From the IMG/VR virus record IMGVR_UViG_3300045988_156100: a stretch of 37,764 nt of DNA; one strand, given 5' to 3'. Below are positions 25,923 to 33,552 of the stretch, piece by piece. Each line of letters starts with the position of its first letter. Positions within the stretch are counted from its first letter, which is position 1. The notes beneath the pieces were generated by a model that did not search any database, was not told the origin of the DNA, and saw nothing but the letters and a program-made list of their open reading frames with translations. The DNA is from a virus. The translations under genes were made by a program, and so were the position numbers.

Positions 25923-26068
25923 GCGAGGTCCTCCTCACTAACGCTGGCGGCGGCCATTTGTGCTGCGAGCTGGGTGACCGCGTCCTGTAGTGCCGCCATG
26001 GCGATTGCTTCACGCAGGCGGGCTGCGGCCTCCGCGTAGGGGGACTTGTAGGGCCATTCGGGGATCAT
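25919..26068 (-). CDS. Hypothetical 49-aa protein (below the ORF-track cutoff)
   Basis: Hand translation gives MIPEWPYKSPYAEAAARLREAIAMAALQDAVTQLAAQMAAASVSEEDLA. It has ATGA overlaps with both neighbours. Confidence 0.55.
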   Translation of the reverse strand: MIPEWPYKSPYAEAAARLREAIAMAALQDAVTQLAAQMAAASVSEEDLA

Positions 26069-27094
26069 GCTGCGTCACCGTCCAGTCCGAACAGGTCGAG
26101 GGGCGCTTCGATGCCCCGCGCGAAACGGGCTTTGATGAGCGGGATGTAACGGTCGTCGAGTTCGCACCCGACCGCCCGCGTGTTCTCCATGGCCGCCGCC
26201 TGCAGGGTTGTGCCCGACCCGGCGAACGGTTCGAGGATCAGCGCACCGGGCCGCACAACGAGACGGATCAGGTACCGCATCAGCTCGAGCGGCTTCACGG
26301 TGACGTGCTGTACCCCCCCCCACGATGGGGCGCTCGCTCTTTGGGGCCTTCGGCTTGTATCGGAACACCGGCCATACGTGGTCGGGGGCGCCCTGCTGCG
26401 CGGCGGCGGCCATGGCCTGCTCGCCCATGAGCAGGTTCGGGGGGTACGGGCCGCCCGCTGCGTCCATTCCTGCGCGGATGTTCATCGCGCCTGTGCCGTG
26501 CTTGCGGACGTTGTCGACCAGGCGGCCCTCGAGAGGGCGTCGCGCGACGACGATGGGCTCCCACGCTGGTTTAAGGCCGACGCCCCAGCCTTCCCAGGTT
26601 TTGGCTTCGTCGGTGACAGGTTCGCCGGTGGCGTGGAGTTTGTGAGATGACATGTGCGTCGCGGTGGCCTCGTCTGCCCATTCGCGCACGTCGCGGCCTT
26701 CACGTTGATCCAGGACGCCCGCGGCGCGGTCGAACGCTGATGAGAGGTCCATTCCGGCGGGTTTGCCGTCGGCTCGTATCCAGGCCATAGCGTCGCGGAT
26801 CTCGAAGCCGGCGTCCTCGAGGCCGCTCGTGAGCCGGTGATAGGTGCGCGGCGCGCTGAACGCGAGCAAGTAGCCGCCAGGCTTAATGACGCGCAGCGCC
26901 TCCTCACCCCATGACTGCGCCCACGCCTGGAACCCCTGCGGGGTGGCCGTGTCCCATTTCTCGCCCGCGAAACTGATCCCGTAGGGCGGGTCGGTGATGA
27001 CTGCGTCGAAGCGGTCGGCGGGCAGGGTCCGCATGATGTCCCTGCAGTCCCCCTGGTGGAGGGTGATGCCGTCGTAGAGGTCGATTCCGTTCAC
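26065..27094 (-). pseudogene. N6/N4 DNA methyltransferase (beta-class, DPPY...FxGxG) interrupted by a frameshift at a G9 tract
   Basis: The GTG start at 27094 overlaps the recT stop (GTGA). VITDPPYG (motif IV) lies in frame A. HVTVKPLELMRYL...EPFAGSGTT (motif I) lies in the ORF 26065..26298, in the other frame. The two frames meet at C9/G9, 26313-26321, and 8 G would join them. Confidence 0.8.
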
Positions 27095-28086
27095 GCTGCG
27101 CCTCCGTTCGGGTCGGTGTCGTCGCCGTAGTCGAAGATCGGGGCCTGCTGGTCGTCGATGATCTCGACCTCGGGCACCGGCTCGGGCGCGGGCTGCACGC
27201 GCTTGCTGTTGTAGATTGCGACAAGCTCCGCGTGGAGGATTGCGGCCTGTTCGTCGTTCAGGGCGGTCACGGCTACGATCTGGCCGAGGCACCGCTTACA
27301 CAAGGCCGTGTAAGCGTCCTGTGTGAAGCTGAGGGTTTCGAGACCCTTTGCGACGCTGGCCTGCGCGGGCGTGAGGGGCTTACCGAGCGGGGCGGGCTGT
27401 GACGGGGCCGCCGCTGGCTTCGCGGCCGGCGTCGGCTTCGCCGCCGGGGCAGGCTTGGCGGGTGCTTCGGCGACGATCTCCGCTTCGATGACCTCACCCG
27501 TCTCCGTCATGGTGGCCCCGAAGTCCTCGGGGCTGTAGATCATGCCCATGAGGGCTTCGGATGCGCCCTGGCGCGCAACCTCGGTGATCGCGCGGGCCCT
27601 GAGCATCTGCGTGGGGTACTGCGACCAGGGCCCCTTCTGGCCCCACAGGCCCGCCTTCACGGCCTTGTCCTTGTCCCAGGTCACCTCGAATTTGAACGTC
27701 TTGTCATCCGCCCTGATAAGCGTCGCAGTCACGGACTCTGGGCTGTTTTCGACAAGGCGCAGGGTGTGGCCGGCGCGGCGGATCACGGCGGCCATGAGGT
27801 CGGATGAGAGTGCCGCCCGCCCGTTGATGACGGCGATAGAGGCCAGCGCTTGGAGCGGCTCGAGGCCGAGGGCTGCGCCGGTTTCGGCGGCGACAAATGC
27901 GTTCGCAGGGTTGCCCCTGTATGCGGTGGGGATGATCGTCGAGGGGGCGATCCGCGCGATGTAGGCGGCGCGTTCCTGAAGGTTAGCGGTGATGTAGGAG
28001 AATCCGGGGGTTGGCGTGGGGGCCGGTACTGGGGTGGTTTTCGCAGCGGCCTTGCTACGAGGCTTAGCGACTTCGGTCGATGCCAT
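27091..28086 (-). CDS. recT: RecT-like single-strand annealing recombinase
   Basis: 331 aa with a RecT-family-like core: ...AVINGRAALSSDLMAAVIRRAGH...WSQYPTQMLRARAITEVAR... Confidence 0.75.
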   Translation of the reverse strand: MASTEVAKPRSKAAAKTTPVPAPTPTPGFSYITANLQERAAYIARIAPSTIIPTAYRGNPANAFVAAETGAALGLEPLQALASIAVINGRAALSSDLMAAVIRRAGHTLRLVENSPESVTATLIRADDKTFKFEVTWDKDKAVKAGLWGQKGPWSQYPTQMLRARAITEVARQGASEALMGMIYSPEDFGATMTETGEVIEAEIVAEAPAKPAPAAKPTPAAKPAAAPSQPAPLGKPLTPAQASVAKGLETLSFTQDAYTALCKRCLGQIVAVTALNDEQAAILHAELVAIYNSKRVQPAPEPVPEVEIIDDQQAPIFDYGDDTDPNGGAA

Positions 28087-28120
28087 TGCAGGGGTTCCTT
28101 TCAGGAGGAGAGCGGGTGGA

Positions 28121-28459
28121 TCAGTCCTGGCCCTTTCGGCGGCGCCTGGTTGCCGACCGGCGCTTCGCCTCGTTCTGGTCCCAGGAGAGCCACACGAGGT
28201 AGCCGCCTTGTCCGTCCGAGCGGGAGTCCACGACCCAGAACGTGCCGTGACGGTTAAGGCTGTGAGCGTAGGCGCGGATCGTGTCCACGCGGCGGCGGGG
28301 CCAGCCGCCTGTCTCGCTGTCCTCGTTCGGTAGGAGGAACGTTTCGCCTGGGTGCGTCTGGATGTGGCGACGCTCGGCGGGCGTCGTGATGCGCAGGAAC
28401 AGGGGGGCGTGGGAGCCGATCTGCGTCTTGCCGGGAATCGGGGCCTTGCGGATCGTCAT
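28121..28459 (-). CDS. Hypothetical protein
   Basis: 112-aa ORF with an ATGA overlap to the upstream gene. Confidence 0.6.
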   Translation of the reverse strand: MTIRKAPIPGKTQIGSHAPLFLRITTPAERRHIQTHPGETFLLPNEDSETGGWPRRRVDTIRAYAHSLNRHGTFWVVDSRSDGQGGYLVWLSWDQNEAKRRSATRRRRKGQD

Positions 28460-28671
28460 TCTGCTTCGCCTCCCTGCTGTTCTTCGCGGCCCATGACGGC
28501 GAGGGCGAGTGCGATACCGCAGGCGGTGGGGATGAGGGCGAGGATGCCGGCGGCGAGGTTTCGCTCGTAGACGGCCAGAAGCATTGCGAGTGCGCCGTTG
28601 GTTACGGATGCGGCGGCGGCCAGGAGGTAGATGGTGGCGGCGGTCTTGGTGTAGGCGGGCACGTATCGCAT
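28456..28671 (-). CDS. Hypothetical two-TM membrane protein
   Basis: Start taken at MRYVPAYTK..., preceded by aaaggac. It has two hydrophobic segments. Confidence 0.55.
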   Translation of the reverse strand: MRYVPAYTKTAATIYLLAAAASVTNGALAMLLAVYERNLAAGILALIPTACGIALALAVMGREEQQGGEAE

Positions 28672-28693
28672 GGTGTTTTTGTCCTTTGGTTGA

Positions 28694-28774
28694 TTAGGGG
28701 GTGGGGGCCGCGGCGGCTGCGACGGCGAGGCCAATGGTGAGGCCGAGGCCGGCGAGCGTGTACTTGGTGTTCAT
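28694..28774 (-). CDS. Possible 26-aa hydrophobic peptide
   Basis: MNTKYTLAGLGLTIGLAVAAAAAPTP, with high third-position G+C and aggaa upstream. Confidence 0.35.
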   Translation of the reverse strand: MNTKYTLAGLGLTIGLAVAAAAAPTP

Positions 28775-28787
28775 CGTTACGGGGTTC

Positions 28788-28928
28788 CTATTCGTTGTCG
28801 GGGGTGGTGAGGGCGTTGATGCGGGCGTCCTGGATGATGTGGCGGACGCGCGGGTCGGTGCAGGGGCGGGAGGGGTGGCGGATCCACCAGGTGGTGGAGT
28901 GGAGCCACTCAACTGTGGTGAGGCTCAT
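28788..28928 (-). CDS. Hypothetical 46-aa Trp-rich protein
   Basis: MSLTTVEWLHSTTWWIRHPSRPCTDPRVRHIIQDARINALTTPDNE. It has an ATGA overlap with the upstream gene and very high third-position G+C. Confidence 0.55.
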   Translation of the reverse strand: MSLTTVEWLHSTTWWIRHPSRPCTDPRVRHIIQDARINALTTPDNE

Positions 28929-29182
28929 TTGTGGGCCTCCTTGTTGGCGTCGTTGGCGGCTGCCTGGTCGGCGGCTTCGGTGAGGGCCTTCGTGAAGAGT
29001 GCGTTCATGACTTCGTCGGGGTGGAGGGCGACCATGAGGCCGGCGATGACGAGGGCGCGGATGCACTTGGGCATCACTGCCCATGCGAGGCGGTGGCGGA
29101 GGCCGTGGAGGCCGCCGTAGCCGTTGACGAGGTGGTCGATGTCGCCCTTGTACTTGGCGGGGATGACAATTTCGGGGATCAC
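28925..29182 (-). CDS. Hypothetical protein
   Basis: 85-aa ORF whose start overlaps the upstream stop. Confidence 0.6.
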   Translation of the reverse strand: MIPEIVIPAKYKGDIDHLVNGYGGLHGLRHRLAWAVMPKCIRALVIAGLMVALHPDEVMNALFTKALTEAADQAAANDANKEAHK

Positions 29183-29403
29183 TTGGCTGCCTCCTCGTGG
29201 TCGTCGTTGATGAGGGCGATAAGTGTCGTGAGTTCGTCGATGGTGAAGATGAGGAGTCCAGCCACCTGGTCGCGGGCATTCGGCTGGACCGTGGTCATAT
29301 CGATGACCCTCATTGCGTCGGCGACGCGTGTCTGCTCTCGGAGGAGCGCGCCGCTGACGAGGGCTTTCTGGCGCTTGGTGAGGGTGGTACCGTTGATCTG
29401 CAC
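29179..29403 (-). CDS. Hypothetical protein
   Basis: GTG at 29403 is preceded by aggaaagga. The product is VQINGTTLTKRQKALV... Confidence 0.55.
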   Translation of the reverse strand: MQINGTTLTKRQKALVSGALLREQTRVADAMRVIDMTTVQPNARDQVAGLLIFTIDELTTLIALINDDHEEAAK

Positions 29404-29479
29404 GATTGGGTTCCTTTCCTGGGTCGTGCGTGGGTCTCGGGCGGCTGCCACCGTCCGGGGCCCGTTTTTCTGTTGTGGG

Positions 29480-29743
29480 TTACGCGGCCTGTCGGGCTGC
29501 GCGGGTGGCGGCTGCCTTTCTGGCGGCCTGGCTTCTGCTGCTGCGTGCGGTGATCCTGCCTTCGGCGGGGGCTGCTGCGTGCCGGGCTTGGTAGGCCTGC
29601 AGGGCTTCGGCGGGGATGCGCCAGCCTGCGCGGCCTTTCTCGTTCCACGCGGCGATCTGGCCGTCGCGGATGCGGCGGCGGACGGCGGCGGGGGAGAGCC
29701 GGAGCATCTCGGCGGCCTCGGCGAGGGTGAGGATCTGGGTCAC
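29480..29743 (-). CDS. Excisionase-family/MerR-like HTH DNA-binding protein
   Basis: GTG start in a GTGA overlap. LTLAEAAEMLRLSPAAVRRRIRDGQI is a typical HTH_17 pattern. Confidence 0.65.
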   Translation of the reverse strand: MTQILTLAEAAEMLRLSPAAVRRRIRDGQIAAWNEKGRAGWRIPAEALQAYQARHAAAPAEGRITARSSRSQAARKAAATRAARQAA

Positions 29744-29967
29744 GCGGCCTCCTCGGTTCGGGTTTCGACGTCGGCCATAAAACGGCTCGGGGTCTCGTAC
29801 CCGAGGGCGGCGCTGATGGCGGCGATCTCGCCTAGCGTGAAGTCGCTCTCACCTGAGAGTTTGCGCGCAAGCGTTGTTCGCGAAAGTCCAACCTGCTTGG
29901 CGAACGCGCGGATTGAGACCCCGGCGCTGTTGATCCGCGCTTTCAGCTCAGTTTGAACTGTGTTCAA
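29740..29967 (-). CDS. Cro-like XRE-family HTH regulator
   Basis: TTG at 29967 lies 7 nt after aaggagg. The product carries ...SIRAFAKQVGLSRTTLARKLSGES... The gene is divergent from the repressor gene. Confidence 0.7.
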   Translation of the reverse strand: MNTVQTELKARINSAGVSIRAFAKQVGLSRTTLARKLSGESDFTLGEIAAISAALGYETPSRFMADVETRTEEAA

Positions 29968-29988
29968 TGGTGTTCCTCCTTTCCGGGG

Positions 29989-30104
29989 TGGCCCATTTGT
30001 GGGCCGCATGTGAGTAACCATAGTGGCCCAGAAGTGGGTCAGTCAAGTCGAAACGCGAAAATTGATGACGCAATGTCCCTACCAGGTGGCCCGTTTCTGG
30101 TCCA
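29989..30104. promoter_or_regulatory. Immunity switch: three operators plus divergent promoters
   Basis: Operators with consensus TGGCCCA-N4-TGGGCCA lie at 29989-30006, 30024-30041 and 30087-30104. The leftward promoter has TTGACT (30046..30041), an 18-nt spacer and TATGGT (30022..30017), with an operator in the spacer. The rightward -10 CATAAT (30103-30108) ends 7 nt before the repressor ATG. Confidence 0.65.
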
Positions 30105-30115
30105 TAATTGGGCGC

Positions 30116-30385
30116 ATGAGTGTCACAGCATTTGAGCCGCACGACTTCGAGCAGGCCGTCGCCGCCGCCCTACGGGCCGAAATGAGCCGTCAAGGCATAT
30201 CTCAGCGCACACTTTCAACTCGGTCGGGAGTTTCCCGGTCGCGGCTGATGCGAGTTCTTGCAGAGGAGGGCCAAACCGCGCCCATGACTGTCACGGTGCT
30301 AGAGGCCTTATGTCGTGCTCTCGGCGTATCCATGACACGGATACTCACTGACGCTGAAACCATGCTCGCAACCGGGCGGGCATAA
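30116..30385 (+). CDS. CI-like XRE-family repressor
   Basis: Start taken at MSVTAFEPHDF... The HTH is ISQRTLSTRSGVSRSRLMRVL. The gene is divergent from the early operon and is probably leaderless. Confidence 0.7.
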   Translation: MSVTAFEPHDFEQAVAAALRAEMSRQGISQRTLSTRSGVSRSRLMRVLAEEGQTAPMTVTVLEALCRALGVSMTRILTDAETMLATGRA

Positions 30386-30389
30386 AAAC

Positions 30390-30422
30390 AGACCCCACCA
30401 GGACGTCACACTGGTGGGGTCT
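30390..30422. terminator. Stem-loop terminator (U-tract only on the minus strand)
   Basis: The arms agaccccaccag and ctggtggggtct form a 12-bp stem. An aaaaac run precedes it on the plus strand, which puts GTTTTT after the hairpin on the minus strand. Confidence 0.65.
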
Positions 30423-30510
30423 CGCGCATTTAGAACGCCCGTGCGCGCGGGCAAACCCAGGGGGCCGACCCTGGTGTCAATATGTGTGCGCTCAGGTGAG
30501 CATATCACGG

Positions 30511-30528
30511 CGGCCCACTAGTGGGCCA
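30511..30528. promoter_or_regulatory. Distal fourth operator-like palindrome
   Basis: cGGCCCActagTGGGCCa matches the operator consensus. Its core ggcccactagtgggcc is a perfect 16-bp palindrome. Confidence 0.5.
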
Positions 30529-30543
30529 GATGAGAGACGCGAG

Positions 30544-30588
30544 CCGCCGCCCCTGCCATGACATTCCCGATCATGGCAGGGGCGGCGG
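30544..30588. other. Perfect 18-bp stem / 9-nt loop hairpin
   Basis: The arms are ccgccgcccctgccatga and tcatggcaggggcggcgg. Confidence 0.8.
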
Positions 30589-31297
30589 GGTTCGCGCATG
30601 TGAGGCCGGCGCGGGCGGCCCGGGTCTCTCGCGTCGGGGCGCGGTTTACCCAAGAGAGAACCGCCCAGCTACCCGAAGATGCCGAGCGATCGGTTACCTC
30701 AATTATACGCCTGGCCGCCCACATCTGCGTCCAGGCGTGGCCACTGATATGAGAAGTCCCCACACGGAACCTTGCGGAAGTGTGGGGGCGCTGCCACTAG
30801 CTTAGCTCGCGGCGGGCGCATCTGTAGACATGAGAGCCACCCCCGCGCCGTGAGAGGCCCAGTCAACGGCATAGGGGGCGGGATCTGCGCATTGTAGCCC
30901 GCGCATGGGCCGGGGCTGCGCGGGCGAACCACGCTACTCCTAACGGCTAGGTCGCACCCCGCGGCGGGCCGGGGCCTGCAGTGCCTAACCTCGATATGGC
31001 CCCGGTCATTTGTGCGTGAAAACAGAGGCCCGACCGGGGGTCTGTCGCCCCTATCCTACCTCGCAGCGGGTGCATCTGCGTCCCCACGCGCGGCTCTGCG
31101 CGAGGCAAGGTGTAAAGACAACCAGCCGCGAGCGCAGCGCCGACCGACCGCGCTTTTTGGTGCGTGTCACGTGACACGCGCGCAACGTCACGCAAGGGTG
31201 TTTTAGGCCCATTCAAGGCTAGTCAGAAAAGCCGACTTTTCGGCGGAAAATCAACACCTTTGCCCGCCCGCGCGCCGCAAACGCCGAAACACCCTGC

Positions 31298-31324
31298 GGG
31301 GGGTTCGATTCCCCCCATCTCCAC
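31298..31324 (+). other. attP core: 3' end of a tmRNA or tRNA (T-arm plus acceptor 3' strand), not a full gene
   Basis: GGGGG-TTCGATT-CCCCC is followed by CATCTCC, discriminator A, then C. No complementary 5' acceptor strand exists upstream. The site lies 137 nt upstream of int. Confidence 0.65.
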
Positions 31325-31460
31325 AACAAAAACCGCATGATTCTGCGGTAAACTGAGGGTGTGAAAACAGCGTGACACGCCTGCGTGACACGCACGCTAA
31401 TTTAGCGGAGTACAATCAAGATCAAGCAAAGCACCTCAACATCAAGCAAGGCGGCGCAAA

Positions 31461-32624
31461 ATGGCTTCTGTCAAGGCAGTGAAGCACCGTGACGGCACCG
31501 TCGTGTATCGCGTCCGCTACCGCGCGGGCGGGCGCAACCCCGTCGTAGAGACGTTCTACGACGCCGCGACCGCGCAGCGCTTCGCCGACCTCGTCGACCG
31601 CGTCGGCGGGGCCGCCGCACGTGAGATGCGCAGCCTCGACGACCTGGCCGCCGCCGATACGCCGACCGTCGCCGCGGCGTGCGAGCATCACCTCGAGGCC
31701 CTCGCCGCGTCGGCAACGCCCGGCACGATCAGCAGATACAGGCAGATCGTGCGGGACCGGATCGAGCCGCGCCTCGGCCTCATCCCCGTCGACATGCTCA
31801 CCCGGCACACAGTCGCCAAGTGGGTCGCCGAACTACGCCGCACGCCCGTCACTCGAGGGGCCACCGCCGGCCAGCCGCCGTCGGCAAAGACTATCCGCAA
31901 CGCCCAAGCATTCCTATCCGCTGCCCTGCAACGCCTCGTCGACGAGGGCGTGATCCCAAGGAACGTTGCCAAGGGCGTGCCCCTACCCAAAGATGCGACC
32001 GTGCGCGAGATGCGCTTCCTAACCCCCGACGAGTTCGCGCGCCTCCACGCGTGCATACCCGCCGATTACCAGCCCTTCGTCGCGGCCATGTACGGGCTCG
32101 GCCTGCGCTTCGGCGAGGCAACCGCCCTCACGGTCGCCGATGTCGACCTCGACGTCGTACAACCAGTCGTGCGCGTCAACAAGGCGTGGAAGATGGGCGA
32201 GAACGGCGTGCCCTACATCGGGGCACCAAAAACCAAGCGGGCGCGGCGTACCGTCACCATCCCCGCGCCCCTCATCCCTGAGCTGGCAGGTGCGCTCGCG
32301 GGCAAGTCGGCGGACGATCTTGTATTCACGGCCAGGCGGGGAGGTCCGATCACCTCGGGACCGTTTCACGCCCACATCTGGCAGCCTGCGTGCGATGCGG
32401 CGGGCCTATCGCCGCGCCCGCGCGTGCATGATCTGAGGCACTCGCACGCTTCGGCGCTGATCGCTGCGGGCGTCCCCCTGCCCGTCGTTCAACGGCGCAT
32501 GGGGCACGAATCAATCCAAACCACTGTCGATGTGTACGGGCACCTCGCGCCTGATGCGTACGCGGGCGCTGCTGAGGCCATGAGCGTGGCCATGGGGGGT
32601 GTGTCCCCTCAACTTAGCATGTGA
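31461..32624 (+). CDS. int: Tyrosine integrase
   Basis: 387 aa. The C-terminal HDLRHSHASALI...GHESIQTTVDVYGHL is the tyrosine-recombinase catalytic signature. It has an SAM-like N-terminal domain. Confidence 0.9.
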   Translation: MASVKAVKHRDGTVVYRVRYRAGGRNPVVETFYDAATAQRFADLVDRVGGAAAREMRSLDDLAAADTPTVAAACEHHLEALAASATPGTISRYRQIVRDRIEPRLGLIPVDMLTRHTVAKWVAELRRTPVTRGATAGQPPSAKTIRNAQAFLSAALQRLVDEGVIPRNVAKGVPLPKDATVREMRFLTPDEFARLHACIPADYQPFVAAMYGLGLRFGEATALTVADVDLDVVQPVVRVNKAWKMGENGVPYIGAPKTKRARRTVTIPAPLIPELAGALAGKSADDLVFTARRGGPITSGPFHAHIWQPACDAAGLSPRPRVHDLRHSHASALIAAGVPLPVVQRRMGHESIQTTVDVYGHLAPDAYAGAAEAMSVAMGGVSPQLSM

Positions 32625-32644
32625 CGCGCATCTCGCTTGCTTGG

Positions 32645-32726
32645 TTTGCATGATAGCCCGTGCGCGGGCTATAGTTAGGTCATCGGGAGGGAACAAGCCC
32701 CCCGAACCTCAACAAGGAGAAAGACA
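32645..32726 (+). promoter_or_regulatory. Promoter/leader cassette copy 2
   Basis: TTGCAT at 32646-32651, an 18-nt spacer and TATAGT at 32670-32675. The leader hairpin is at 32684-32704 and the SD is AAGGAGA. The spacer carries the inverted repeat ATAGCCCG-tgcg-CGGGCTAT. Confidence 0.75.
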
Positions 32727-33068
32727 ATGACCACCACGACCTGGACCAAGGCAGAGCGCTTCGACGGCGAAGGCGCCCTCATTGCCGCCGACCTCGACAA
32801 CGGTGCCCGCGCCGTCGTCTACGGCGAATACCAGGATGGAATCAAGATCAGCATGTTGATCTTCAACGATGCCCTGCCGGGCGGTAGCGCCTCGACCGAA
32901 CGCACACAGGATTGGCCGCTCGTTGAGCGCTACATTCCCCGCGCCGAGTGGCCTGCCGAAATCTGGGGTGGCTACCATGGCCCCGCCGAACGCACCCCCG
33001 ACCCCGAGGTTGCCGCCGCCGTCGCCCAGTACGTCGCCGAGACGAACGCTTGGCTTGTCGAGGACTGA
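32727..33068 (+). CDS. Small acidic protein P2 (113 aa, unknown function)
   Basis: First gene behind cassette 2. My hand count gives about 19 D/E versus 8 K/R. Confidence 0.75.
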   Translation: MTTTTWTKAERFDGEGALIAADLDNGARAVVYGEYQDGIKISMLIFNDALPGGSASTERTQDWPLVERYIPRAEWPAEIWGGYHGPAERTPDPEVAAAVAQYVAETNAWLVED

Positions 33069-33130
33069 TCAACAAACCCAAGGCCCCCGCGCTCACCACA
33101 GGACGCGGGGGCCAACCCATAGGAGGAGAT

Positions 33131-33541
33131 TTGACCGGACCACTCACCCCAGCCGGCCTGCGTTGCCGGCGCAAGGCACTAGGGCTCACCCGCGCTGAGC
33201 TTGGCTACCTCATCGATGCACCCGAGAGTGCGATCCGCTCGTGGGAGATAGGGAAGGGGGCACCGCGTGACCCGATCAGTGTCCACATGCTGATCGGCAA
33301 CCTTGAGGACGCCGCCCTCGACTGTGTTGACGAACTGACGGCCCCCGCTGACGATGAGAACGAGGACGTGCGCGTCATCCCCACCGCACTTATCACCTAC
33401 GTCGACCAGGCCTCCTACGAACATGGGTGCGAGTGGGCCGACCGGCTCCCCTTGTCCACATATCAGGCATGCGTGGGCCGCGCCTTCGCCCTCCTGGCAG
33501 ACCAGGATATCCCTGTCGAAATCATCACACGGACTAACTAA
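33131..33541 (+). CDS. XRE-family HTH protein with a C-terminal domain of unknown function
   Basis: TTG at 33131 follows aggagga. The HTH is LRCRRKALGLTRAELGYLIDAPESAIRSWEIGK. Confidence 0.65.
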   Translation: MTGPLTPAGLRCRRKALGLTRAELGYLIDAPESAIRSWEIGKGAPRDPISVHMLIGNLEDAALDCVDELTAPADDENEDVRVIPTALITYVDQASYEHGCEWADRLPLSTYQACVGRAFALLADQDIPVEIITRTN

Positions 33542-33552
33542 GGAGTGTACTC

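Noticed and set aside
30518-31216. ORFs of 77-94 aa on both strands in the region between the repressor and attP.
   Set aside because: They have no SD sequences, junk-like Arg/Pro-rich composition, overlap one another, and cross strong hairpins. I treated the region as non-coding.
31245-31325. Possible complete tRNA gene upstream of the integrase.
   Set aside because: Only the T-arm and the 3' acceptor strand are present. No complementary 5' acceptor strand (GGxGATG) or D/anticodon arms lie in the preceding 80 nt. I interpreted it as the attP core.
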